Shown in pieces: positions 25,581 to 37,534 of a stretch of DNA of 64,000 nt. The position numbers and the translations under genes were made by a program. Each line of letters starts with the position of its first letter. Positions within the stretch are counted from its first letter, which is position 1. The notes beneath the pieces were generated by a model. That model saw only the letters and a list, made by a program, of their open reading frames with translations. It made no database searches and was not told the origin of the DNA. Source of the stretch: Octopus bimaculoides. Taxonomy: Eukaryota. Location: the NCBI RefSeq assembly GCF_001194135.2, contig NC_069004.1:16530652-16594651 (forward strand). Reading direction: 5' to 3'.

Positions 25581-26756
25581 GTAAGATAATGTTAAAAACT
25601 TCTTTTTTTTTTTTTAAACCTATCATTTGATGTGAACACATTTTCTTTTACAGAAATATATTCCACTTACTCTCTCCATCCCTCTTCTACAAACATTTTG
25701 TAGTTCACCATTTAATTTTGCTGTGTCATTTATAATCCACAAGTTCTAGTCATAATAGCATTGGAATCCCATAAATGGAATTTGTTTCCTGGAAATTGCA
25801 TTTCTATCCAAAAACTAGATTCCTGGTTGTTAGTCAGTTGAGTAATTAGTTGAAGCAGAGCAACTTTTTCAATCTTTAAGCTGATTTTCTGCATCAGGAT
25901 TTAAACATTCTTGAGAAATTGACCTCATTAAGGATATTGGTTTGAGCTGGTTGTGTTAGTTTTAAAGTGCTCTCTCTTTCTCTCTCTCTCCCCTCTCTAT
26001 CAAAACTTTTCAATATTTCTGCCATATAGAGAAGTCATCAATGAAATATGCTGCTTTGTTTTATCATTTCTTTTTGCCCTTGATTCTATTAGAATGTGCA
26101 TTAACATAGAGAAACCTTTTGTTCAGTGATTTCAGTCGTTTTTTTTTTAATCCCCTTACCTTACTACCTTGCTAGAAGATATGTTCTAGAGACCTATTTT
26201 GCAATAATATTGAGTATAAAGGTCATAATGAGTTCTTGTAAGATAAGGCACTTTGGTTTAGAAGTTTGCTTTGCAACTATGTAGTTCTGAGTTTGATCTC
26301 ACTGTATAGTATTTGGGACAAAAGTTTTCTAACATGACTTCAGGTTGGCCAATATCTTGCATGTGAAATCTGGTGGATGGGAGCTGTTCAAAAAGCTCAT
26401 GTATGTGTGTATGTGCATGTCTTTCAGCAATGAACATCAACATAGAAGCCATTAAATCAGTATTTCTGAATGGAATCCCTTACTATTGTTTGTTTCCTTT
26501 GACCTGCACAGACAGTCTGTTGTCACATTCAACCATTATAAAGGTAGTGAACCAGTGATTGGCCAGTTAGAAGTTTATAACCAGCAATGCTTATTACTCA
26601 CAAAATGTGAAATAAAATATAGGTGTTTGACACTTCTCTCTTCACTGTCTAATTATTTGCTCTTCTCCTTCCTGTCAGTCATGTACCTCATCTATCTCCT
26701 GTTCCTCTCTTCATTTTTTCTTCTTTAGTTGAAGTGATTTATACAGTTTGTATTTC

Positions 26757-26832
26757 TCTCATATCTATCTGTCTGTCTGTATCTATCTATCTCTCTATCT
26801 ATCTATCTATCTATCTCTCTATCTATCTATCA
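26757..26832. repeat. (TATC)n/(TGTC)n microsatellite
   Basis: Direct reading. Confidence 0.9.
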
Positions 26833-27836
26833 CACACAAGTTGATAATTTTACCCCCTCTGCTCTGCTGCCCTGAACAGAAGTAAAATATTTAATGATCA
26901 GTTCATAATTCATGAGTCCAACTTGGTTCTGCATTTTATTTATTACTGCATTATTACTTGTGGAAGAACACTGTCTGCAACAGACAGGCTTCATACCCAT
27001 TGAGACGATTTACTTGTCGTCTATTAAATATTCGTTTTAAGAGCCTTGTGTGGAAACATATTCTTGTGATTTATTGTGACATATTCTTCCTTGCACCAAC
27101 CATTCCTTTAGCATTGTTGGCATCCTAACTGCAGTAGAAGACTTAGAGCAGCAGTAGAAAGTTGGTGAGGAGATATAACAATAACACTTAAAATATTAAC
27201 TGGTGCTTATGATCCAAAGGTTATTCTCTTTAGTCTACAATGGTGTAATTAGATTTTGAATAGTTTATAGAAACACTGAATCCTGGCTTAGCTAATGTTG
27301 ATGTTAAAAATATTTCAGGTGCCTTTGTTGTTTAATGTAAGACCGTAAACCAGTAAAATTGTCTATCTCTGCTCATAACTATTGCTTTTAGTGATTTAAT
27401 AATGTAATTTGTTTAAAATGTAGTGCACTTTTACATCTTTTTTTCTCATTACTAGCAAAGTTCAGTTGGAGTTCACTGACTATTACATTTTCAGTGTTGA
27501 TAGCTGTGAAATGGGATTGACATTATTAAGTAAGCAGGCTGAAGCAAACAATTATCTACCTTGCCTAAAAAGCACTAAACAGTGACTGTAGAGAAATTTG
27601 AACTGATGCCACTCGTAGTCAATGAGGGTCCAGCACCTTGATAATTTTGTACCTTCCAGGACATGATAAACTGAATATCATAGCACTATTTGAATTGATC
27701 AGTTTATTGTTGGTAATCCAGCAACCTAACTTCACAGTGGTTCTTGTGTAAAGTGCTATGGTTGATTTCATTCACTAACTTCTCAACCAAAATTTCAGGA
27801 CTTGTGCCCATGTTTAAAAGAATTATTATTATTATT

Positions 27837-27969
27837 GTTCAGTAGTTTTATTTTTATAACGTGCTTTCACTTCACTACCGAGCGCAGCTCTGTGTGCCTT
27901 GGGTATGTGCTGTGGTTTGCTGTGATGCTCTTATGGTTACTGTATTGAAAGTGTTTGGCGTAGGATGTG
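27837..27969 (-). mobile_element. young, 5'-truncated R4/Dong-like LINE 3' end flanked by (TAA)n
   Basis: Minus strand encodes HILRQTLSIQ-stop followed by a 3' UTR; (ATT)n at 27822-27836 and 27970-27993; CpGs retained. Confidence 0.7.
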
Positions 27970-27993
27970 TTGTTATTATTATTATTATTATTA

Positions 27994-28195
27994 TGAAAAG
28001 TTTTCCTTTGATAGTTTCATGTGAGTTTTTACTGCACTCACTTCAGGAGTACCTTTGTGTTTTTGAGGGTGTGCAGTGTTGTGTTCTTAATTTTGTAGGG
28101 GTGGGGGAAGTATAGACTCCTACAGTAGGTGTACTGCACCAGTTTGTTTTGTTATGGGGTTTAGTTCCTTGTTATATTAGTGTGTGAAATGCAAG
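27994..28195 (-). mobile_element. older, related LINE 3' end
   Basis: Minus strand GGTGCAGTACACCTACT (GAVHLL) and a 3' UTR loosely parallel to the neighbouring copy, ending in the (TAA)n tract. Confidence 0.45.
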
Positions 28196-28226
28196 ATGTA
28201 TTATTTTATTGGACATTAATCTTGTA

Positions 28227-29485
28227 CAAGGGCTGGCTGAAAAGTTCAAAAGCTGACCAAAATACTTGTGGAATGTGACCAAATAAGGCTTACTTTTCAA
28301 CATAGTCCCTCTTGCAGTCCACACATATCTTCCTCCAGTGTTGCAGTACTTGGATCTCATTGATGAAGAAGTGTTCATCCCGTTGGTCAAAAAAGTCATT
28401 GGCAGCAGACATAATATCATCAACATTGTGATACTGGTTCCCAGCCAAGTGTTATTTCCTGTTGGGGAACAGCTGACAGTTAGAGGGGGCCAAATCTGGA
28501 GAAAAGGAATGAGGATCAACCATTTCAAATCCACAGTCATGCCCAGCGGTCATGGAAACCAATGACTCGTGTGCTGAAGCATTCTCCTGATGAAGACTCC
28601 TTTCATCAGTTTTACTGGTCATTTGGTCTTGATAGCTTTCTGTAACTGCCTCAGCAAGTTAGCATAGTACTCTCCATTGATGGTGTAGCCCTTTTGAAGA
28701 TAGTAAACACAATGCCTTTTGCATCCCAAAAAACTGAGGCCATCACCTTCTCTACAGAGGAAACAACCTTGGCCTTCTCTAGAGCAAGTGAGGAGAAATG
28801 TTTCCATTGCATGGAATTTCTCTGTCTCCGGCTCAAAGTAATGAAACCAACACTCATCCTGGTTTAGGAAACATTCAAGGAAATCAGCTGGATCTGTCTC
28901 AAAGAATGTCAGATTTTCCCATGATGTGATCAGCCTGATATGTTTTTGATCAAATATCAGAACACTTGGCACCCACCAAGCAGAAACCTTCATCATACCA
29001 AGTTCATTGTGCAGATTATTCTCAACTCTCTCATGAGATATGCTGATAGCATGGGCTATTTGATTTATAGTCAATCATCTGTCATCCATCAGCATGTGCT
29101 GAACATGATCAATGTTTTCTTTGATGGTGGCTGTTGCATGACATCCAGACCTTGGGTCATCTTCAGGACTCTTAAATTCAGCTGCCCACGTTTGCACTGC
29201 TGATAAAGTTGGAGTGTCATCCTCTAATGTAGCAACTATGTAAGCATGAATGTCTTTGGGAGCTAAACACTTTCTGAAAGTGCTTGATTACACTGCAATG
29301 CCAAATTTTGTCCATTTTCAAGAGAAGTTGCTACTAGTTACTTTTGAACAGTGACCTATCAGTTTACCTGGAAAGAAACAATACAATTGATAAGAAGAAG
29401 AAGAGTTGAAATTAATGCATCAAGATTTCACAGCTCTAGCATCGCTTCCTCATTGTCAGCCTATGGACTTTTCAGCACATCCTCA
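28227..29485 (-). mobile_element. full-length decayed mariner (second family)
   Basis: Roughly 31-bp imperfect TIRs; TA at 28225-28226; peptides KVSAWWVP, DECWFHYFEPE, VMASVFWDAKG and FSPDLAPSN. Confidence 0.9.
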
Positions 29486-29489
29486 TCTA

Positions 29490-30061
29490 TGTAGTGCGAG
29501 TTGTCTTGTTGTATAGGGTGTGTATTGTATGTGAAGATTGTTCTATTTCAGCTATTCTATTGAATTGATAGTGTCTTGCACAAGATGTGGGCTATTCCTA
29601 GCAAAGCTATTTTTTAGGCAGTGTGTAGTGTTGTGAACCCTGCTATGGCTTCTATGTTTCCTTTTCTATATTTCTAATTATACCTAATGCTCTAATTGCT
29701 AGTAGTACCATTTGCACCCTCCTACTCACCATCTTGAATATTTTAATTTCAAGATCCTTGTATTTTTACAGTTTCTCGACCTCCTTCTGGGCAACATTTT
29801 CATCAGAAGGGATTGTGATGTCTACCAGTGTTCATGTGTTTGTTTTTTTGGTATTATTATGTCTGGACAGTTTGCCTTGATCACTTTGTCAGTTTGGATG
29901 GGTATATCCCAGGTTGTTGCTACCAGGTTATTGTCTTGTACTGTGTTCAATACCTTCTTGTATCACTTATTAAGTGTTCACATTGAAGTGTCTATATATT
30001 ACCCAGTGGATGTAGCTGCCAACGCAATCATGCCTGTGGATATACTCAGATGTGGCAAGGG
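29490..30061 (-). mobile_element. R4/Dong-like LINE fragment (restriction-like endonuclease domain)
   Basis: Minus strand EYIHRHDCVGSYIHW...WDIPIQTDKVIKANCPDII...AHILCKTLSIQ-stop; abuts (TTA)n at 30062-30111. Confidence 0.8.
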
Positions 30062-30093
<32 letters not shown>

Positions 30094-30758
30094 GTTATTA
30101 TTATTATTATTTCCATTACATTCCTTTTGCAGATGATAGAAGTGAGGAAAAATTGTGATAAATCACGTTAAGTTTAACATCTTGTGTTTTTTTTTGTTTT
30201 TTTTTTTAAGTTCTAATATTACTGGGATTGGTTTTTAACTTCTGTGTTGATGAGCTTTCATAAAAAAGTACCAGTTTTATAAGAATAGTCTAAGGATAAT
30301 ATGTATTTTATGCTCTAGTTTTTTTTTTTCTTGAAAATGAAATTCGTATAATATAAACTCATGTACCACAAGGAAAAGCAAATACTGACAATTTAGAGAG
30401 CATTCTTTCTTGCCAGAAAGCTCCGTCTCCAATTTCCTTGGATCTTCTTCCTCAACAAATCTGGCATCTTTTTCAGATAGCTGAGCACCACAAAAAGCCT
30501 TTAATGATTTTTTTAAACCCTTTACCTCTGAAGTTCTAGTTCAGTATCTTATCCATTCTGCTATATTCTATTTTAATAATAATAATAATACACTAAGATA
30601 ATTTAACCAGTTATATACCTCCTGTATACTAAGTGAAATGATATTCAGTGTTCATTTTGTTTCTTTTGCTCTTCTGCTGAGTCATTTCATTTATTGAAAC
30701 TGAATGAGTCTCAACATCACCATTATCGTGAAGTGTTCCTTTGCTATTGTTGTTACAG

Positions 30759-30836
30759 GCTCCAGTGCTTGGCCATCAGACAACTCTGCTGCGAAAGGGA
30801 AGACTTTTTTCTGTCGGATGCTGATCAAGCCTTCAG
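30759..30836 (+). CDS. NCOA: NCOA exon 4: GSSAWPSDNSAAKGKTFFCRMLIKPS
   Basis: gttacag acceptor, CAG|GTAAAA donor, 78 nt, phase 1 to 1; TFFCRML motif. Confidence 0.92.
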
Positions 30837-30844
30837 GTAAAACT

Positions 30845-30913
30845 AGTATATATATATCTCTCTCTTTCTCTCCTCTCTCTCTCTCCTCTCTCTCTCTCCT
30901 CTCTCTCTCTTTC

Positions 30914-30965
<52 letters not shown>

Positions 30966-30966
30966 T

Positions 30967-31010
<44 letters not shown>
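30845..31010. repeat. (TA)n then long imperfect (CT)n tract
   Basis: Direct reading; source of the spurious poly-RE and poly-SL ORFs in the track. Confidence 0.95.
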
Positions 31011-31014
<4 letters not shown>

Positions 31015-31812
31015 TGCGTGTATGTGTCATAAAGTACCATCTTGAAACAATGTGTGTTAGTTTTCTATGTGAATGCACAAAAAATATTTCATTTCATTTT
31101 GTCTGATGATTTATTGCTATCATTCAGCTATTCATTTAATATTTTTCCATGTTTGTATCTCTAATTTCATCTATTTCCATAGGAACCATGCCACCTACCT
31201 CCTATTCCTGCCAGATATTGTATAGAGGATATGAGGTTTTATTGCTTGATGCCCTTCCTAATAGTAAAGGTCTATTGGAGTACATTTAGTGTTGCATCAG
31301 CATCAGAGGGGCTTCTAACAAACCCTCATTTCTCCGTTAGCTTTCAGAAATAGAGAAATTTGCTATTATGTACATTGAGCTGTTCATTTCAGAAAGTTAT
31401 TTTAAGAGTTAAACAAACCACTTCTAATCTCTTCATAATTAAAACTAATAATTGTAAAGTTAGGCTTACTAAATTTGTTGTTAGATGGTGGAATAGCAGA
31501 AATGGTGTTTTGGGTAGTGAAATTACAAAAATGATATAGTAAGTTCCAATCCAATGAAAGCATTACCATTCTTTGCTTTTGGGTTACTAAAATAGTACCA
31601 GGCATATACTAGGATACTTCTTTCAATTTTACTTAGCTCTACAAATTTATTTCCTTATGCCTATATAAAATCATTTTAGTGTTACATGTGGTGGTTTGGC
31701 AGAAATGATAGCTGGGTTAGAAGAGCCAAACAGTATTTAGTTTTATCATCTTCTTGCAGTGTTCAATTTTCATCAGCTGTTAATTATACTTGATTGGGAT
31801 TTATTGTTACAG

Positions 31813-31914
31813 GTGAAGACAGTAGTGATGATGCCCAAGTGGAACATATGCAGATATCCACTGCAGTTCAACCCTGCATTGGGGAAAAGTTTTCAGATTC
31901 TCAAGAGGATTCAG
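31813..31914 (+). CDS. NCOA: NCOA exon 5: GEDSSDDAQVEHMQISTAVQPCIGEKFSDSQEDS
   Basis: gttacag acceptor, CAG|GTAAGC donor, 102 nt, phase 1 to 1; EHMQIS resembles the YETMQC / YENMQIS segment of p160 proteins. Confidence 0.88.
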
Positions 31915-32581
31915 GTAAGCTTCATATGTGATACGTAATTTACAAAATTGTACGAAATATGTAATAGCCAAAATTTTCCTGTTCTCTAAGCTTCTTTTAC
32001 AAATGACAGTATAACTTAACGCAAAAAGGGACAAGTATTTACTTGAGGCTTTTACTTTGTTTGTTTCACCCTCGAGAAACTAGAGATTGACATTGTTGAA
32101 CATCTCTTTGACAGTTGTTTTAAAAGTGGCCGTGATGACTCATTTCATATTGCTTGTCACTCAGCATTGAGTAGAACTCTCCATTAAATGGACAATCTCA
32201 GCATGGATGAGATATTACACAAACAATGACTACATAACCATTACCAGATGTCTGATGTGAGTCTAATTTTATAGTTGAGAAGAACAACCACTACTGTTTG
32301 TCTAGTTCTGCCTTTGGACAGGACCATATTTTAATTAATTAGTAAGTTACTAAATGAACTACAGTATAGTCAGTACTCTGCTAGTAAACTGGTCTTTCCC
32401 AGAATAGTAATTGAGAATTGAAACCAGAATAGTTCTTGTTTCTTGTCAAAGAACACAAGCACAGCATAGATAAGAGACTGGGTTTAAAATGTAATCATTT
32501 TCATGGTATTGTTTTTCAGTGTGTTCATTCTTCAATTCCTTTGTTTATTCCCATCTTAAAGGTGTTCTTCTTTTTTTATAG

Positions 32582-32705
32582 AGCGGCAGTCTTGCTTACT
32601 TTGTATAGCTAGGCGGGATAAAACGCATGATAAGATGAGTACAGCCATGAAAAAATTTACTACAAAACAGGATTTAAATGGAAAAATTATTGCCTGTGAT
32701 GCAAG
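32582..32705 (+). CDS. NCOA: NCOA exon 6, end of PAS-A and start of PAS-B: ERQSCLLCIARRDKTHDKMSTAMKKFTTKQDLNGKIIACDA
   Basis: tttttttatag acceptor, AAG|GTATGG donor, 124 nt, phase 1 to 2; CLLCIARR and FTTKQDLNGKI motifs. Confidence 0.94.
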
Positions 32706-33039
32706 GTATGGAAAAAATTTTTCCTTTTTTATATATAGATCTGTTATTGGAGAAGGCACACTTTATTGACCGACAACTATCACCTATTAGAATTGTTCTC
32801 ATTATTTTTACTACTGAAATAGAGAAAACCACGTTAACAGAATGTCAGTCTGAATAGTTTGTAGTCTATCAGCACCACTGCAGTGTGTTAATGGTCACCA
32901 TATGTAATTCCCAACTTCCTGGAAATGCCAATTGATGGGATATCTTATCATTGTAAGCAGTAGCACTATAAAATTAATGATTGTTTCATAAGTTTTCAAT
33001 ACTAAGTTCAGTTCTTCCAGGAAATGTCAACTTAAGAGA

Positions 33040-34770
33040 ACAATGTATTATAGTCATGCTCCTATAATGTAGTGGGGAAAAGGTGCAAATTCTTCTGGGA
33101 GGGCAACAACAACAGTGTGTGTACAAGAATTGTGTTGCTAGCAGACAAATGAATAAAGTAATTGAAGTACTCAGTGTCCAGCAACATAATTAAACTTAGA
33201 CTTGTCATAGACAGTCCTTCTGCATGTGCACCACAACTGACAGATGAACAGAACAATCGATTTTATGAAGCTTACATACAGACAACAAATGACAGAAATC
33301 TCATTATTATGGCTGGTGACCTTAATAGACATATGATAGTTTATCCACCTTAAATGAGGCTATGAATATGGTAAAAAGAATGGAATGTTGAAGGCTCCTG
33401 AAGTTCTGTGACACAAATGACCTAACTTTTTGCATCAAGAAACTAACCTGCTGCCTGATCTCTTCCTAATCAAACACCTGAGACTTCACACTCATCAGGA
33501 AATAGGATAGACAGTTAGCTGTGAATGCTAAACTTTTCCTTGGTGAAAAATGTACCACTGAACATGACTAGAGATTAGTGACTCTAGAGTAAGGGCTAAA
33601 CATAGTCAGAAGCAGAAGACAAACTGGAGAAGGAAGATGTTGAAGCTGAAAGGTCCTGTAACCAAGAGAAGTACTAGTTGATACATATAACATAAAAGAC
33701 AGAGGATAACTAGGATTTCCTATTAAAAGCACCTGTTAAAGGTTACAGTGCAGACCCAGCTGGTGCAAAGTACATAGTACTGGCAGAAAGTAGAATTATA
33801 CACGAAACAGTCATAAAAACTAAGATATAGGTCTGGAATAACTGAAAGAAAAGGAGGAACTAAGAATGATATCAAAAAGCTAGAAGAGAAGCCAAAAGTA
33901 GGAGGTCGGCAGATGTTCTGCAATGTAATGATCAGAGGCGTGAGAAGTTTCAGATTGCAAAACAATATTCTAGAGAGAATAGACATCGTTGTAGAGAATT
34001 ATGTGCAGAATAATAACAGTGCATTTGCCATTACTGGTACTAAAAAAGAAAGAGGCATGGATGTGCTATTATATGATGTTTTTTGGGTTTTTTTAACAAG
34101 GAGAATGCATAAGAAAAAGAAAGCCTAACCTTAGTTGCCCCAACTGAGGGATCAGGCATTGAAGTTGACAGCTGTATGGTGAAGAATGCAATGTAGCATA
34201 TGATGGCTGGGAAGACAGCTGGACCATGAGGAGTAGTTGCTGAGATCTTTAAAATATCTGATAAGTTGGTTACAGCTACTTGCATAGTCATTAATGTAGT
34301 ACAGAGAAGTGTTATTTCCTATGACTGGCATAGTAAAATCCTCCTCACCATCAACAACTACAAAGGCAAAGGAGATGCACCAGAGAGAGATAAATTAATG
34401 GACCATGTTTGAAAGTTACCTAGGTTTATAGCACAACTGATTAGGAAGATATTTAGCCTTGACAGGGTAGCTCTACCTAGCTTAGTACCATAAGAGTTCC
34501 ATAGGGTATTCGTTGCAAACTATGAATGCACAAAAGTTGTTTTGGAATAACAGGTCAGTTGATGGGGGAAAAAACTTTATATATTGGCAGATGTACAGGG
34601 GGAGTTAGCAGTAACAATACACTGGAAAAAAATTCTTTCAAATGCTCAGAAGTTTCCCAAGAAGTAGGCAATAGCATTTGTTACCAAGGTGACCTAATTA
34701 GTAATGGAGGTGGATGTTCTGATAGCATAGGTGCCAGAATGCAGTAGAAAATGTCCAGTTACTTCCCCAT
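33040..34770 (+). mobile_element. decayed RTE LINE, internal fragment
   Basis: Endonuclease-like IIMAGDLNRH in ORF 33162..33353; downstream segments colinear with the 9-12.7 kb RTE in the opposite orientation. Confidence 0.7.
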
Positions 34771-35216
34771 CCCTTACACATTGTTACTTTCACTTTCAAC
34801 ACCCTATTTATCTATTTTTCTGTCATTTCTGTTCAATTGTTTTCATTAAAAATGAATAATTAGGTTTTTCTTTGAGATACTTTGGGAATGTTTGCATAAA
34901 TTTTCACACCATGTCTATTTAACATAGCAAAATTACATAGAAATGTTTCATTTCAACTTTCTTTCCTTGCATCTACTTTTTATTGTTTATTATTAAGTAA
35001 TATATTGATTTCATTTAATGTCGGTTACAATACAGTAATACAATATATATAGAGAAGTGTATTATTACTGTTTTCTTATACATCTACATATAAATGTGTA
35101 ATATATCTAGATTGAGAAGTGTAACTATTATATATCTAGATAATTTTTTTAAAGTTATGTAACAATTTATAATAAAAAACAAAATTCCTTGATTCGTTAT
35201 TTTTCACTTTTTTTAG

Positions 35217-35323
35217 TCAAATCTCAGGAAACCATAATAAATTCTCAGACCTTGTTGGACGTCGACTGCAAGATCTATGTCACAGTAGTGATGTGCCGAA
35301 TATAAAGCAACATTTGCAGGATG
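35217..35323 (+). CDS. NCOA: NCOA exon 7, PAS-B: SQISGNHNKFSDLVGRRLQDLCHSSDVPNIKQHLQD
   Basis: ttttttag acceptor, ATG|GTAAGC donor, 107 nt, phase 2 to 1; DLVG..LQDLCH..D PAS motif. Confidence 0.92.
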
Positions 35324-35410
35324 GTAAGCAATAACACTTTCTAGTTTCAAATTCAACATGAAAACCTTTTATTTTATGGTCGTGTTGGTGCTTAAATCTT
35401 TTAAACTATT

Positions 35411-35709
35411 CCAAAGTACAGTTCTATATTTAAGAAATGAGGAATTATGTACATTATTTATATTTGACGGATATTTGTCATCATCTTGTTTGTTGTTGAC
35501 ACAACGTTTTGGCTGATATACCCTCCAGCCTTCATCAGGTGTCTTGGGGAAATTTTGAACCTGGGTTCTCATTCCTAAGGGGGGTTTTTTTTATGTTGTT
35601 GTTGTTGTTATTATTATTAAGGTCACTACCTGGAATTGAACTCGGAATCTTGGGGTTAGTAGCCCGCACTCTTAACCACTATGCCATATGCCCATGGGCA
35701 TATGGCATA
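35411..35709 (-). mobile_element. tRNA-headed SINE-like element with Penelope-type hammerhead tail
   Basis: Minus strand: TGGCATAGTGGTT (A box)...GAGTTCAATTCC (B box), then a (TAA/CAA)n linker, then GACAC-CTGATGA-A-GGCTG..CAGCC-AAAA-CGTT-GTGTC. Confidence 0.75.
35498..35543 (-). ncRNA. minimal type I hammerhead ribozyme motif, G12-to-A mutated (probably inactive copy)
   Basis: Stem I GACAC/GTGTC, core CUGAUGA plus an extra A, stem II GGCUG/CAGCC, GAAA present as AAAA, palindromic ACGU stem III. Confidence 0.7.
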
Positions 35710-37273
35710 ATGTATTCCAAAGTACCATTCAACTGCACTAGCTCTCTTGGATATTTTATATTTTTTCTGTTGCTGTATTATATAAAGATGTTTCAGGGTC
35801 AGTAATTATAACAATCTACACCAATAATTAATCAAAGATGAAATCAAAGTTTCTTCTCAGCAGTTGATATAGAGCAGTTTCAATGCAAACTGTTGATCCT
35901 GTGTGTATTTTCAGTTCAGATCTTTTCCACACCTCTCAGTCATATATCACACTCTCTGGTTCATTTCATTTGCATCTTTTTATATCCTTCATTGTGCCAT
36001 TTAAAACTTCCCTATAATTCTCAAACATATTTGTATGAGGTCATTTTACTCACTTTCTTGAGGCATCTCCATCAGATGGGTTAGTTCACATACAGAGGTA
36101 GTTATGGTGTGTCTACAGGCCTTTTTTTCTCTTCAGCTTGCACACAATCTATATATACTTACAAATTTCTACAATGCAATGCATTCTAGATGTTCTTTAA
36201 GTTTTTCTGATGTATTTTAATTCTTTCTTTAAAATTTCACTATTGCTATCAGTTTTGTAGTTCTAGGATAAAAGTTTTAAACACTTACCATTGAAACCAT
36301 TGATAAGAATTTTTTTTTTAATCTTCTTTTTCTTGAAGACACTTTTAAATGTGGAACTGGACCAGTTTCCACTCACACATTCATTTACCCATATTGTTTC
36401 CATTCATTCAACCCTATACTACCCACTATTGAGTGCTTCCTTCTCAGAATGTCACTTCTCTGAAGTTCCCTCTATGCCCATGGTTTTTTTTTTGCAATCA
36501 TCATCTTGCAAATATTCAATCACATTAATCTCACCAAAGAATCAAGGTTACTTTGGGATTAAACAACACAAGAAATCAGACTGTACATTTAGCATGTGTC
36601 AGAATTCTTTATTAAGATATTTCTGCAAAGATCCACTCCATTATCATGTAATATATTATAGAGATCACATTATAACCAACACAATCAATAAGCACATCAT
36701 ATTTTGTAGTTCAAAGGTTACATTGATAACTCCCTACAACATATGAAATTGTAATATGACTCATATACTAATTCTTCTGTACTCATACACTATAATGTGT
36801 AGTTAATGGAGGGGCTAATCAACAGGATTAGATACAGCGGTTGGTACTGAACATGAGCCATTTAATATAGCAAGGGTGATGAGAGGGGTGAGATGAGTAA
36901 GCCTGGGTTGTTGTGTGACCCCAGATCAGCTCTGCTTGAGCAGTTCCAGGGCAAATCAGCCAAATGACTAGGTATGATTTGCCTTTTTGTTGGTTTAGTT
37001 ATACCATGTCTCCACACTCAGTTGTGCAGATGAATCACATGTAATGCAGTGTGACAGACCTGGGTAGAGGTGGTATGCGACTAGCTAGTTCAGAAGAATA
37101 GAGGCAATTATGATAGGGATAGAATAGGCATAGAAAGGAAGTGGTATGCCTATGGGCCAGAGGTTGTTCTATTGATTGAATCCATTGTTATTTAGACCTT
37201 GTTTTGGACGTAACCCAAGATCTATGTGTAACAACAACATTGCTCCCAGGTATGTGAGCAGTAACTTTAACAT

Positions 37274-37377
37274 AGCCTGGTGTTGCCATCCGGTTTCACC
37301 AGTCCTCAGTCAAATCGTCCAGCCCATGCTAGCATGGAAAGCAGACGTTAAACGATGATGATGATGATGATGATGAT
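37274..37377 (+). mobile_element. young RTE 3' end with (GAT)8 tail
   Basis: Reverse complement of 20364-20465 with 3 mismatches. Confidence 0.88.
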
Positions 37378-37534
37378 CTTAGTAGGGAATTGTTGAGGGT
37401 CAGAAACTGACCAAATATTTTTTGGCCCTAAAGAGAAGCTATGTTATTCTGAGGTTGCCAAGAAAGATCTCCCAAGATTGTGAAATCTAACATTTGTAAT
37501 GACTCTGTTTTAATTGAGAATTGTTCATGATTAA

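Noticed and set aside
27319-27336. 18-nt AG...GTAAG microexon in phase-1 intron 3
   Set aside because: It would introduce an in-frame TAA (GAFVV-stop), and the acceptor has almost no pyrimidine tract.
30704-31078. Poly-RE / poly-SL ORFs in the track
   Set aside because: Translation of the (CT)n microsatellite; only 30759-30836 is a real exon.
32562-32581. Alternative upstream acceptor for exon 6
   Set aside because: It adds 20 nt and shifts the frame; the downstream AG has the better pyrimidine tract.
35625-35700. Possible tRNA gene
   Set aside because: A and B boxes are present, but there is no complete acceptor stem or Pol III terminator, and it is fused to a repeat tail; treated as a SINE head.
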